A DNA stretch of 64,000 nt. Origin: Mobula birostris (taxonomy: Eukaryota). The stretch covers positions 186,094,638 to 186,158,637 of the forward strand of contig NC_092374.1 in NCBI RefSeq assembly GCF_030028105.1, in the 5' to 3' direction. The notes below the pieces were generated by a model that was not told where the DNA came from, made no database searches, and saw only the letters and a program-made list of their open reading frames with translations. This document shows positions 12,200 through 24,395 of this stretch, one piece after another. Made by a program: the position numbers and the translations under genes. The first letter of the stretch is position 1. The number at the start of each line of letters is the position of its first letter.

Positions 12200-12547
12200 G
12201 TATGACTGATACTGTTCTGTTGGAGGGTGGAAGTGAACACAGCCGGCAGAGAGACCGCCGCCAAAAAGGGCGCCAAACTATCTTCACTGACGTCACAGCC
12301 CTGCCCCCCCCCACCCAGGGCCGCATACCAAGGGAGTGCTTTCATGAGCGTTTAAAAGTATTATCAGTTAGATGAGTTTGGTTGCTTGTCAGCGGGGTTC
12401 CAGTTTTGTATCTGTTTATTTTGGTTAACAGCTGGTTTCTGGCCCCGCGGTGTGAGAAGAGTTCGAGGTCCCCGGGCTTTGAAGGGTCCCTGACTTCGCT
12501 TTAGGTTTGGGGCAGCAGCGGTCCCGGAGTTTAATCGGCTGCCGGAG
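12200..12547 (+). promoter_or_regulatory. CpG-rich candidate promoter / 5' UTR of the Ig-5TM gene
   Basis: Unique CpG-rich island upstream of ATG 12548: GGAAGTGAA (ETS/IRF-like) 12229-12237, GGCGCCAAA (E2F-like) 12269-12277, perfect CRE TGACGTCA 12288-12295, C-rich box about 12304-12316. Confidence 0.55.
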
Positions 12548-12605
12548 ATGTGGACGATCGCTTGCCTTTTGCTGCTGTCCCTGCATGGAGTGTGCAATAA
12601 CGAAG
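12548..12605 (+). CDS. Ig-5TM receptor exon 1: signal peptide MWTIACLLLLSLHGVCNNE
   Basis: ATG in gagATGt, hydrophobic core IACLLLLSL, consensus donor AAG|GTAAGG in phase 1, which joins exon 2 in frame. Confidence 0.8.
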
Positions 12606-12650
12606 GTAAGGAGCCTCCATGTCGGCTTTGCAGCCGCATGGTCACGTTGA

Positions 12651-13770
12651 ATTTTGTTTTACGGCGGTTGGCATCCAGCTTAATGGTGCATTACCGCCAC
12701 CCTCTGCTCCAGAATGTGCACTAGACATACATTCTAAATCCCTTCACCCAATCACACACACACACCTACACTTCACCCTCCCATCTTTGACCATCCTAGT
12801 ATCCTATTCCTGTTTATTCGTCATATTCTATAAAAAACCCCTGTACCCCTTAAAAACGCTAAAAATACCCGGACTTGTGCTCTCTCACCCATGCCCAGCA
12901 ACCCTTTTAATGTGAATTCCTGCATCCCCAACTCCCTTAATTTATTTCTCATCATCTCTCTCTGTATCCCATACTTCCTGCAACACAAAACTACATATTC
13001 TACTGACTCCTCTTCCTGACATTCCTCACACAATCCTGTCTGGTGTTTCCCTATCATTTTCAATGTTTAGTTTAATGCACAATGCCCCAGCCTTAACCTA
13101 GTCCACACAATTTCCTCTCTTCTGTTTCCATTACCTACCCTAGTAACTGCAACACTCTTTTGTATTTGATATAAATGCCTCCCTTTCCCCTCCTTGTCCC
13201 ATCTTTCTTGCCACATTCGGTTGACTTTTTCCCAGATTACACACTTAACCTCTGCTTTACTGATACTAATGTGCATTTCCACATTTTCTTTCTTTAACGC
13301 CCTCTTTGCCAACTCATCCACCCTCTCATTCCCCTTCACCCCTACATGTGCTGGAACCCATAGAAATTTTACCTGACCTCCCTGATTTGCAATTCTTGTA
13401 ACTAACTGAAGGACTTCATAAAGTACATCTTGCCAACTGTTTATGTGAAAAGACCTTAAACTTGCTAGAACTGAGGATGAATCTGAACATATCAATGCTT
13501 TGACTTGTCTGGCTTTCTGCACCCATTGCAACGCAACCAACACCGCCAGCATCTCCACTGTAAACACTCCTAACTTATTAGATGTTCTTCTGCTGATTCC
13601 AATTTCTTTTGCTGGTATGACCACCCCAAACCCTGTCCCTCCTGTTGCAGGTTCCTTCGCACCATCCGTATAAATGTGAGTATAATCACTATACTTTTCC
13701 ATCACATGACAGTTAAATGCATTTACCAAATCTGTTTTATATCTTTCTTTCCTTTTTACCTCTAACAAAT
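12651..13770 (-). mobile_element. I-clade (Nimb-like) LINE 3' portion: RNase H + C-terminal CxxC/ExVEH region + 3' UTR
   Basis: IYTDGAK, EMLAV, ICSDSSSVL, WVPAHVGVKGNERVDELAK, TRLRLGHCALN and CEECQEEESVEY, ending in a ggtggcggtaatgcacc...ccgccgtaaaacaaaa tail. Confidence 0.88.
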
Positions 13771-13982
13771 GCCAGTCGGCGGCATGACTTTTAAAACTGC
13801 CTCACGTTTTCCGCATGGGATTTCAGCTGGGGGTGTTCATCCCCGACAAATAAAGCGTGCTCGGGGGTGACCCAACTTGGATTCGAACTCGCTCCGAACG
13901 ATGCCATTGCGTCACCAGCTGGTTGTCCTCATCGAGTTGATCGTTCCCTGGGAGGACTGCAGTCGAAAAGGAAAAATAGGCT

Positions 13983-14565
13983 GTGATTAATTCATTTATT
14001 GAAACTGAAAATCCTGACATTTTAATCGGGACTGAATCTTGGCTTGACCCTTCGATTAAATCTGCTGAGATATTCCCTCCTCATCTCCAAAGTTTTAGAA
14101 AGGACAGAAACTCTCAGGGAGGCGGTATGTTTATGGGTGTGAACAATACTATTCCTTGTTTTGAAAGAACTGACTAGGCAGCGACTTTGGTGTCAATCTA
14201 CACTTTAGGGACAAATGGTGCAGATCGGGAGTTTTTACCGTCCACCTGATGCTAATTCCGGGCCTCTGTTGGACAGTGAATCAAGCATTTCCAAAGTAAA
14301 CGCCTCGTCGCGCTCTCCGTTTATTATGCTGGCGGGTGATTTTAATGTCCCAGGTGTAGATTGTACTGACGGCACACAAAGTGAACCAAAAGGTGCCCTT
14401 CAGGAAGCCCTGGCTGATTTGATTCTGAAAAATCATCTGACTCAGAAAGTCACTTTTCCTACCAGAAGCGATGATACAGGTGGCACCGAAAACACCTTAG
14501 ATTTATTGCTGACTTCGCATCCAGATTTAATTTCAGAGGTTTCACCGATTCGTATTGAAGAGTGA
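13983..14565 (+). mobile_element. APE endonuclease fragment of a LINE distinct from the dominant CR1 in this window
   Basis: PDILIGTESWL, FRKDRNSQGGG, FYRPP, AGDFNVP and TLDLLLT motifs. Confidence 0.8.
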
Positions 14566-14655
14566 TTGCACAATCAATTGGTATTGAAGGGTGGACATTG
14601 CCAATTGGTATTGAAGAGTGGGCACAGCTGATTGGTATTGAAGGGTGGACATTCT
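14563..14655 (+). repeat. Short degenerate tandem repeat (attggtattgaagggtggacatt), continued at about 17078-17145 beyond a CR1 insertion
   Basis: The motif recurs directly on both sides of the 14656-17077 CR1. Confidence 0.55.
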
Positions 14656-17077
14656 CATAGAATTTTTTGAGGATGTAACTAGTAGAGTGGATAGGGGAGA
14701 ACCAGTGGATGTGGTATATTTGGATTTTCAAAAGGCTTTTGACAAGGTCCTGCACAGGAGATCAGTGTGCAAACTTAAAGCACACGGTATAGGGGTAAGG
14801 TATTGATGTGGATAGAGAATTGGTTGGCAGACAGGAAGCAAAGGGTGGGAATAAACAGGACCTTTTCAGAATGGCAGGCAGTGACTAGTGGGGTACCGCA
14901 AGGCTCAGTGCTGGGACCCCAGTTGTTTACAATATATATATTAATGACTTAGACAAGGGAATTAAATGCAACATCTCCAAGTTTGCGGATGACACGAAGC
15001 TGGGCGGCAGTGTTAGTTGTGAGGAGGATGCAGGGTGACTTGGATAGGTTAAGTGAGTGGGCAAATTCATGGCAGATGCAATTTAATGTGGATAAATGTG
15101 AGGTTATCCACTTTGGTGGCAAAAGCAGGAAAAAAGATTATTATCTGAATGGTGGCCAATTAGGAAAAGGGGAGGTGCAACAAGACCTGGGTGTCATTAA
15201 ACACCAGTCATTGAAAGTGGGCATGCAGGTACAGCTGGCAGTAAAAAAAGACGAATGGTATGCTGGCATTTATAGCAAGAGGATTCGAGTACAGGAGCAG
15301 GGAGGTACTACTGCAGTTGTACAAGGCCTTGGTGAGACCACCCCTGGAGTATTGTGTGCAGTTTTGGTCCCCTAATCCAGCGGACCCCAACCACCGGGCC
15401 ACGGATGCGAGGGAACGATGTGATTTGGCAATAGGAGTCAGCTGCACCTTTCCTCATTCCCTGTCACGCCCACTGTTGAGCTTGAACGCACGCGAGGTCA
15501 TTACCCGCGCGTCATCCATGTCAGCGCGGGAAGGAGATCAACGCCTCGAACTTGCAGATGACGGCGGGCTGGAAAGTATGTTTGACATAATATCTCTGCT
15601 GGCATTCTGGATCAAAGTCAAGGCTAAATATCCTGAGATAGCCACAAAAGCACTGAAAACGTTGCTTCCTTTTCCAACGTATCTCTGCAATGAATGAAAC
15701 GAAAACTAAACTGCGGAATAGACTGGACATAAGGAACCCCCTTCAAGTATCACCGTCTCCCATCACCCCTCGATAGGACCGTCTTGTTGCAGGAAAACAA
15801 GCCCAGGGCTCTCACTGATTCAGCGATATTTGTGTGTTGCAATGATTTTATATGTTCATACGGGGAAAATATGTGCTGCGTGTTTAATATCCAAAAGATA
15901 CTTAAAATGTTACAATGCAATTGACTTATATAACCATATAACAATTACAGCACGGAAACAGGCCATCTGTGCCCTTCTAGTCCGTGCCAAACGCTACTCT
16001 CACCTAGTCCCACCGACCCGCACTCAGCCCATAACCCTCCATTCCTTTTCTGTCCGTATACCTATCCAATTTTTTTTTAGATAATAATATCGAACTTGCC
16101 TCTACCACTTCTACTGGAAGTTCGTTCAACTTTTACTTCAAGCTCCCGTGTCCTCCCCTGATAATTGACTTATCACTATGTTCATGCGAGGAAAATATGC
16201 GCTGTGTGTTTAATATTAAATTCATTAGATAAACCCTTTTAGAAACAAAATTGAGTGTATTAGCTAATTATCATCTATATTGCGGTCGTGATTAACACCC
16301 CACCCCGAACAGAATCGCCAAAAACGATTTGTAGAAAAAAATCGTACACGCATGCGCACTGGTGCCCGTGCAAGGCTTCATAGTCAATGTAGTCTTCGGG
16401 GTAAACCCAGCGTATTTGACTGCTACTCTTGTCCATTGGCACCCTGCCCGTCCCCCCCCCCCCCCCCCCCCCCGGGTCGGCCGGTCCGCAAGAATATTGT
16501 CAATATGAAACCGGTCAACAGTGCAAAAAAGGTTGGGGACCCCTGCCCTAATCTGAGGAAAGACATTCTCGCCATAGAGGGAGTACAAAGAAGGTTCACC
16601 AGTTTGATTCCTGGGATGGCAGGACTTTCATATGATGAAAGACTGGATCGACTAGGCTTATACTCTCTGGAATTTAGAAGATTGAGGGGGGATCTTATTG
16701 AAACATATAAAATTCTGAAGGGATTGGACAGGCTAGATGCAGGAAGATTGTTCCCAATGTTGGGGAAGTCCAGAATGAGAGGTCACAGTTTGAGGATAAA
16801 GGGGAAGCCTTTTAGGATCGAGATAGGAAAAACTTCTTCACACAGAGAGTGGTTGAATCTGTGGAATTCTCTGTCACATTAAGCAGTTGAGGCCAGTTCA
16901 TTGGTTATATTTAAGAGGGAGTTAGATATGGCCCTTGTGGCTAAAGGGATCGGGGGTATGGAGGGAAGGCTGGTACAGGGTTCTGAGTTGGATGATCAGC
17001 CATGATCATACTGAATGGTGGTGCAGTCTCGAGGGGCCGAATGGCCGACTCCTGCATCTATTTTCTATGTTTCTATT
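14656..17077 (+). mobile_element. CR1 LINE RT and 3' end, interrupted by a hAT element
   Basis: DVVYLDFQKAFDKV, GVPQGSVLGP, FADDTK and [10 protein letters not shown]|NLRKDILAIEG, with the frame resuming after the hAT; ends in a tttctat tail. Confidence 0.92.
15378..16545 (+). mobile_element. Non-autonomous hAT (Buster/Charlie-type) with transposase C-terminal remnant; nested CR1 tail at about 15930-16140
   Basis: TIRs cagcggaccccaacc / ggttggggacccctg; 8-bp TSD ccctaatc at 15370-15377 and 16546-16553; [28 protein letters not shown]...LRNRLD dimerisation domain. Confidence 0.92.
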
Positions 17078-17204
17078 ACACAGCTGATTGGTGTTGAAAG
17101 GTGATTGCATAGCAGATTGGATAGAAGGGTGGACATTACCATTGTATAGAAGCACAGCTTTCAGGCTTAGCACTGAAGAATAAACAGCAAAGGCTCAATT
17201 GGGT

Positions 17205-18628
17205 TGTTTGGTATTGGGTCCGCGCAGACTCCATCTTCCTCTCACTCCACCATTTCTGAACACCCTAAACCACCCTTTTCCTCAGACATTACCACTCCAC
17301 TCCACTCTGCCATCAACTTCCACCCTGCCCTCAAATTTACCTGGTCCATTTCTGACACCTCCCTCCCCTTTCTCGATCTCTCTGTCTCTATCTCTGGAGG
17401 CAGCTTATCTGCTGAAGTCTATTACAAACCTATAGCTAGCTGGACTATACCTCATCCCACCCTGTTACTTGTAAAAATGCCAACTCTTCTCTCAATTCCT
17501 CCATCTCCTCCGCATCTGCTCTCAGGATGAGACTTTTCATTCCAGAATGAAAGAGATGTCCTCCTCCTTCAAAGAAAGGGGCTCCCTTCCCCCACCATCA
17601 ACAGTGCCCTCAACTGTATGTCTTCGATTTCACCCACGTCTACACTCATCCCAACCTCCTGCCACCCTACAAGGGATAGGGTTCCTCTTGTCCTCAGCTA
17701 CCACACCACCAGCCTTCGCATCCAGCACATAATTCTTGAAACTTCTGCCATCTCCAATGAGATCCCACCACCAAACATATCTTTCCTCTCCCCCCGCCCC
17801 ACCAATTTCTGCTTTCAGTAGGGGTTATTCCCTATGTGACTTCCTTGTACATTTATCCCTCCCCACTGATCTTCCTCCTGGCACTTATCCTTGTAAGCAG
17901 AACAAGTGCTACACCTGTCCCTACACCTCCTCCCTCACGACCATTCAGGGCCCCAAACAGTCCTTCCAGGTGAGGCGACACTTCACCTGTGAGTCTGTTG
18001 GGGTTATATACTGTGTCCAGTGCTCCCGATGTGGCTTCCTGTATATTGGTGAGACCCCACGTAGATTGGGAGACCGCTTCGCCGAGCATCTACGGTCCAT
18101 CTGCCAGAAAATGCGGGCTCTCCCAGTGGCCACCCATTTTAATTCCACTTCCCATCACATTCCAACATGTCTATCCATGGCTCACTCCACTGTCGTGATG
18201 AGGCCACACTGAGGTTGGAGGAACAACACCTTATATTCTGTCTGGGTAGCCTCCAGCCTGATGGTATGAACATTGACTTCTTGAACTTCTGGTAATGCCA
18301 CCCACTCCCTCCCCCCCTTCACCATTCCCCCTCCTCTTTTCCCTCTCTCACCTCATCTCCTTGCCTGCCCATTGCCTCCCTCTGGTGCTCCTCCACCCTT
18401 TACTTTCTTCCCTGGCCTTCTGTCCTCTTCTGTCAGACTCCCTCCTTCTCCACCCCTGTATGTCTTTCACCAATGAACTTCCCAGTTCTTTACCTCATCC
18501 CTCCCCCTTCAGGTTTCACCTATCACCTCGTGTTTCTCTCTCTTCTCTCCCCCACCCACCTTTTAAATCTACTCCTCAGCTTTTTTTCTCCAGTCCTGAC
18601 AAAGGGTCTCAGCCCGAAATGTGGCCTG
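17205..18628 (+). mobile_element. Penelope-like element 3' half (RT thumb, GIY-YIG, tail)
   Basis: NFHPALKFTWSIS, CKQNKCYTC, GVIYCVQCSRCGFLYIGET; hammerhead-like motif at 18591-18628. Confidence 0.88.
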
Positions 18629-19500
18629 TCTGATGACACAAAGGTTGGGGGTGTTGTGTGGAGAGTTGTCAGAAGTTACAGCGGGGCATCGATAGGATGC
18701 AGAGCTGGGCTGAGAAGTGGCAGATGGAGTTCAACCCAGATAAGTGTGAAGTGGTTCATTTTGGTAGGTCAAATTTGAAAGCAGAACACAGTATAAATGG
18801 TAAGGCTCTTGGCAGTGTGGAAGATCCGAGATATCTTGGGGTCTGTGCCCATAGGACACTCAAAGCAGGTTGACAGTGTTGTTAAGAAGGCATATAGTGT
18901 GTTAGCGTGGGTTTGAGTTCAAGAGCCATGAGGTAATGTTGCAGCCATATAAGACTTGGTGAGACCCCTCTTGGAGTACTGTGTTCAGTTCTGGTCACCT
19001 CACTACAGGAAGGATGTGGGTACTATAGAGAGAGTACAGAGGAAATTTACAAGGATGTTGCCTGGATTGGAGGGTGTACCTTATGGGAATAGGTTAAGTG
19101 GACTTAGCCTTTTCTCCTTGGAGCGATGTAGAATGAGAGGTGACCTGATAGAGGTGTATAAGATGATGAGAGGCATTGATTTGTGTGGATAGCCAGGGTT
19201 TTTTTTCCCCAGGGCTGAAATGGCTAACACAAGGGGGCATAGTTTTAAGGTGTTTGGAAGTAGGTACCGAGGGGATGCCAGGGGTATGTTTTTCACACAG
19301 AGGGTGGTGGGTGTGTGGAATGCACTGCCGGCGGTGGTGGAAGCGGATACAGTAGGGTCTTTTAAGAGCCTCTTAGATGGATACATGGAGCTTAGAAAAA
19401 TAGAGGGCTATGCGCTAGGGAAATTCTAGGCAGTTTCTAGAGTATGTTACATGGCCAGCACAACATTATGGGCCGAAGGGCCTGTAATATACTGTAGATT
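18629..19500 (+). mobile_element. CR1 LINE 3' fragment
   Basis: [29 protein letters not shown] and RMRGDLIEVYK motifs. Confidence 0.85.
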
Positions 19501-19799
19501 TCTATGTTCTGTGTTCCACTTTTTGCTGTAGATGCTGCCTGTTCTGCTGAGTTCCTGTAGCATTTTTTGTGTGTTGCTTGGATTTCGAACATCTGCAGAT
19601 TTTCTCTTGCTTTCCATTGTTGTGGGTCATGTTGGCAACCCAAAGTATGCCCATGCTTGGGCAAGATAGAAAACTTTTTAACTTACATTGTGGGCAACAT
19701 TTTAAATGACTTGAATTATAAATTGAAATAACATCTATAGGGGATTCCAAAATATGGTACATCATAGGGAAATTTCAAGGTGATTTTCATGATCACTAG

Positions 19800-21885
19800 C
19801 CCAGAATCCACAAGATAAACCCAACCATATTCGGGAAGCATAATCTTTGTTGTCCAGTGTAATCATTCGATCACAATGCTGCATGATGGTATCTCCAAAC
19901 AAGGCACAGTCCATCACAATGCATTTCAAATCATAGTCAGAGACTTCAACCTGGCTTTTTTGAAGATAACCCTGCCCAATTACCACCTCCATATAACCTG
20001 TAGCACCAGAGGTCCCAACACATCAAAGCACTGTTATACTCGGATAAGGAATGTTCCATGCCCAGACCACATCTCGGTAAATTCGATCGCTTGACTGTCA
20101 TTCTGCCTGCATTGAGTCAGAAGCTAAAGAGCAAAGCTCCAGAGATTAGGACAACAAAGCAGCGGTTGCAGGAGACAGAGCAGCGGCTAAGGGATTGCTT
20201 TGAGTCATTAGACTAGGTTGTGTTTGAGGACTTAAAGAAACATAGAAAACCTACAGCACAATACAGGCCATTCGACCCACAAAACTACCGAACATGTTCT
20301 TACCTTAGAAATTACCTAGGGTTACCCATCGCCCTCTATTTTTCTGAGCTGCATGTATCTGTCACTCATCCGGGCATCTGAATGAATACACCATGTAATG
20401 GACTTGAAACAGCTGTAGATGAGAGTGTCCTCACAAAATCATTCAGTTTTCCCCAAGCTGAAGCCCTGGATGAAGCATGAGATCCAAAATCTGCTGACGG
20501 CCAAGAAAATTGCAAGAGGTCCACATAGGATCTCCAGAAAGCCATCTCACTGGAGAACTGGCAGTTTTGGACTACACAGGAATCAACGAAGAATGCTCAA
20601 CAGGGCTTGAATACTGTCACCGCTTACAAAGTTTAATCAGGTGACATAGGCAAGAACAGGGCTTTGCTTCCAGATGAACTAGTCAGAGTGATCAGCAGCA
20701 GTCTCCCTTTCTCTTCACCATTTACACCTGGGACTTCAACTACTGTACAGAGTCTTGTCATCTTCAGAAGTTTTCTGATGACTCTGCCATAGTTGGATGC
20801 ATCAGGAAGGGAGATGAGGCTGAGTGCAGGGCTACGGTAGGAAACTTTGTCACATGGTGTGAGCAGAATTGTCTGCAACTTAATGTGAAAAAGTCTAAGG
20901 AGCTGGTGGTAGACCTGAGGAAAGCTAAGGTACCGGCGACCCCTGTTTCCATCCAGGGGGTCAGGGTGGACATGGTGGAGGATTACAAATACCTGGGGAT
21001 ACGAATTGACAATAAACTGGATGGGTCAAAGAACACTGAGGCTGTCTACAAGAAGGGTCAGAGCCGTCTCTATTTCCTGAGGAGACTGAGGTCCTTTAAC
21101 ATCTGCCGGACGATGCTGAGGATGTTCTACGAGTCTGTGGTGGCCAGTGCAATCATGTTTGCTGTTGAGTGCTGGGGCAGCAAGCTGAAGGTAGCAGACA
21201 CCAACAGAATCAACAAACTCATTCGTAAGGCCAGTGATGTTGTGGGGATGGAACTGGATTCTCTGACGGTGGTGTCTGAAAAGAGGATGCTGTCCAAGTT
21301 GCATGCCATCTTGGACAATGTCTCCCATCCACTACATAATGTACTGGTTGGGCACAGGAGTACATTCAGCCAGAGACTCATTCCACCGAGGTGTAACACA
21401 GAGCGCCATAGGAAGTCATTCCTGCCTGTGGCCATCAAACTTTACAACTCCTCCCTTGGAGGGTCAGACACCCTGAGCCAATAGGCTGGTCCTGGACTTA
21501 TTTCCGGGCATAATTTACATATTACTATTTAACTATTTATGGTGTTATTACTATTTATTATTTATGGAGCAACTGTAACGAAAACCAATTTCCCCTGGGA
21601 TCAATAAAGTATGACTATGACTATGTCCTTCTAAGCTCACTTTGACCATCAAAACATGGAGGAACCACCACAAACTCCTACAGTCCCTGATGATCCTGTG
21701 ATTCCAATCTCTTGGGGCTGATGTGCGAGCAGCCTTCGGGAGTGTGAACCCATGAAAAGCTTCTCGCCAAGTACTAAAGACCTGCACTGGAGTGTTTGCG
21801 GAGATCTTTAACCTCTGACTTTGTCAGTCTGAGGTACCCACCGGCTTCAGGCAGACGTCACCTATACCAGTAATTTGCACGTGGA
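19800..21885 (+). mobile_element. Older Rex1/Babar LINE containing a nested, better-preserved Rex1/Babar 3' end (about 20700-21626)
   Basis: HITCSTRGPNT and FPKLKPWM upstream. The nested copy has a 199-aa open C-terminus (KELVVD, YKYLG, SRLYFLRRLRSF, SHPLH) and tail gatcaataaagtatgactatgactatg. The older copy resumes at about 21633. Confidence 0.85.
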
Positions 21886-24395
21886 CTTTCAGAAGGCCTT
21901 TGACAGGAGGCTGCTAAACAAAATAAGAGCCTTGAGAATTACAGGAAAGATACTAACAGGCACAGAGCATTGACAGATTTGCAGGAGGCAAAGTGTGGGA
22001 ATAAAGGGATCCTTTTAAGACTGGCTGCTGGTGACTAGTGCTGTTCCAAAGGAGTCTGTGTTGAGACTACTTCTTTTTCGTTGTATGTTAACAATCTGGA
22101 TGATGACGTTGATGGCCTTGTGGCCGAGTTTGTGGGTGCTACAAAGATAGAACATAGAACTGTACATCACAGGAACAGGCCAGTGTTGGGCCGAAGGAGC
22201 TAAAATGTACCCAAACACTAATCTCTCCTACCGAGACCATGCCAATATCCCTCCATCCTCCTTGTATCCATGTGCCTATCCAATCATTCCTTAAAAACCT
22301 CCAATGTATTTGCCTCTACCACCATACCAGGCAGTGCATTCCAGGCATCCACCACACTCTGAGTGAAAAGACTTGCCCCTCACATCCCCCTTGAACCTTC
22401 AATGTCCGCCCTCTGGTATTAGATATTACAACCCTCGAAACAGATACTCCCTGTCCATTCTATCTAAGCCTCTCAAAATCTTTTAAACCTCAGTTTGATC
22501 TCCCCTCAGCCTCTGCGACCCAAGAGAAAACAACCCATGTTTGTCCAGCCTCTCATGATAGCACATGCCCTCTAATTGAGGCAGCATCCTAATAAACCTC
22601 TTTTGCACCCTCTCCAAAGCCTCAACATCCTTCCTTTCATTCCTTCAACATTCCCTCAACCACACCTGGAGTACTGTGTGCAGTTTTGGTCTCCAAATTT
22701 GAGGAAGGACATTCTTGCTATTGAGGGAGTGCAGCATAGGTTCACAAGGTTAATTCCCGGGATGGCGGGACTGTCATATGTCGAAAGATTGGAGCGGCTG
22801 GGCTTGTATACTCTGGAATTTAGAAAGCTGAGAGGGGATCTTATTGAAACATATAAGATTATTAAGGGATTGGACATGCTGCAGGCAGGAAGCATGTTCC
22901 CGCTGATGGGTGAGTCCAGAACCAGAGGCCACAGTTTAAGAATTAGGGGTAGGCCATTTAGAACGGAGTTGAGGAAAAACTTTTTCACCCAGAGAGTGGT
23001 GGATATATGGAATGCTCTGCCCCAGAAGGCTGTGGAGGCCAAGTCTCTGGATGCTCTCAAAAAAGAGATGGATAGAGCTCTTTAAAGATAGTGGAATCAA
23101 AGGTTATGGGGATAAGGCAGGAACTGGATACTGATAGTGGATGATCAGCCACGATCACAGAGAATGGTGGTGCTGGCTCGAAGGGCCAAATGGCCTACTC
23201 CTGCACCTATTGTCTATTGTTTAGTGGGGCGACCAGGATGCACTTGGAGTATTGCAACCGTTTTGGGCCCCATATTTCAGAAAGAGTCCAGATGAGGTTT
23301 GCAAGGATGGTTCCAGGAATGAAGAGGTTAACATCTGAGGGGCATTTGGCAGCTTTGGGTGTGTACTCACTGGAATTTAGAAGAATGCTAGGGTATCTAT
23401 TTGAAACACTGTTGGAAGGACTAGATAGGGTAGATGTGGAGTGGGTAGTTTAGAGGAAGTAGAGAGTCTACAGTAGAACTTAGATAGATTCAGAGAATGG
23501 TCAAAGAAATGGCAGATGAAATACAGTGTCAATAAGTGTATGGTCATGCACTTTGGTAGAAGTAGTAAAAGAATGGACTATTTTCTAGATGGAGAGAAAT
23601 TCAAAAATCCGAAGTGTAAAGTGATTTGGGAGTCCTCATGCAGGATTCCCTGATAGTTAATTTGCAGGTTGAATTGGTGGTGAGGAAGGTGAATATAGTG
23701 TTAGCATTCATCTCAGGAGGACAGGAATATAAAAGCAAGGATGTAATGCTGCGGATATATAAGGCACATGAGGCCTCACGGACTATTGTGTGCAGTTTTG
23801 GGCCCCTTATTAAAGAAAGGATTTGCTGACATAGGACAGGATTCAGAGGAGCTTCACAAGAATGATTTTGGCAATTAAATGCTTATCACCTGAGCAGCAA
23901 TTATATGCTCTGGGCCTGTTCTCACAGGAAATTAGAAGAATGTCGGGGTGTTCTCATTGAAACTTACTGAATGTTGAAAGAATGTTGAATGTTTTCAGTT
24001 CTGGTCACCTCATTATAGGAAGGATGTGGAACCTATGGGGGAGGGGTGCAGAGGAGATTTACCAGGATGTTGCCTGGATTGGAAAACAAGTCTTATGAGG
24101 TAAGGTTAGCAGAGCTGGGACTTTTCTCTTTGGAGCGTAGAAGGATGAGAGGGGACTTGATAGAGGTCTACAAGATTATGAGAGGCATGGATAGGGTGGA
24201 TAGCCAGTACCTGTTTCCCAGGGCATGAATAGCAAACACCAGAGGGCATATGTACAAAGTTAAGGGAGGGGAGTTTAGGGGAGACATCAGGGGTAACTTT
24301 TTTACACAGAGGGTTGTGGGTGCCTGGAATGACTTGCCAGGGATGGTGGTGGAGGCTAAAACATTAGGGGTATTTAAGAACCTCTTGGACAGAAT
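21886..24395. mobile_element. Cluster of short CR1 fragments in both orientations
   Basis: Repeated [17 protein letters not shown] and LFSLERRRMRGDLIE segments and CR1 3' tails. Confidence 0.8.

Noticed and set aside
13067-13768. Host RNase H gene
   Set aside because: It is intronless and followed by the LINE CxxC region and a LINE 3' tail.
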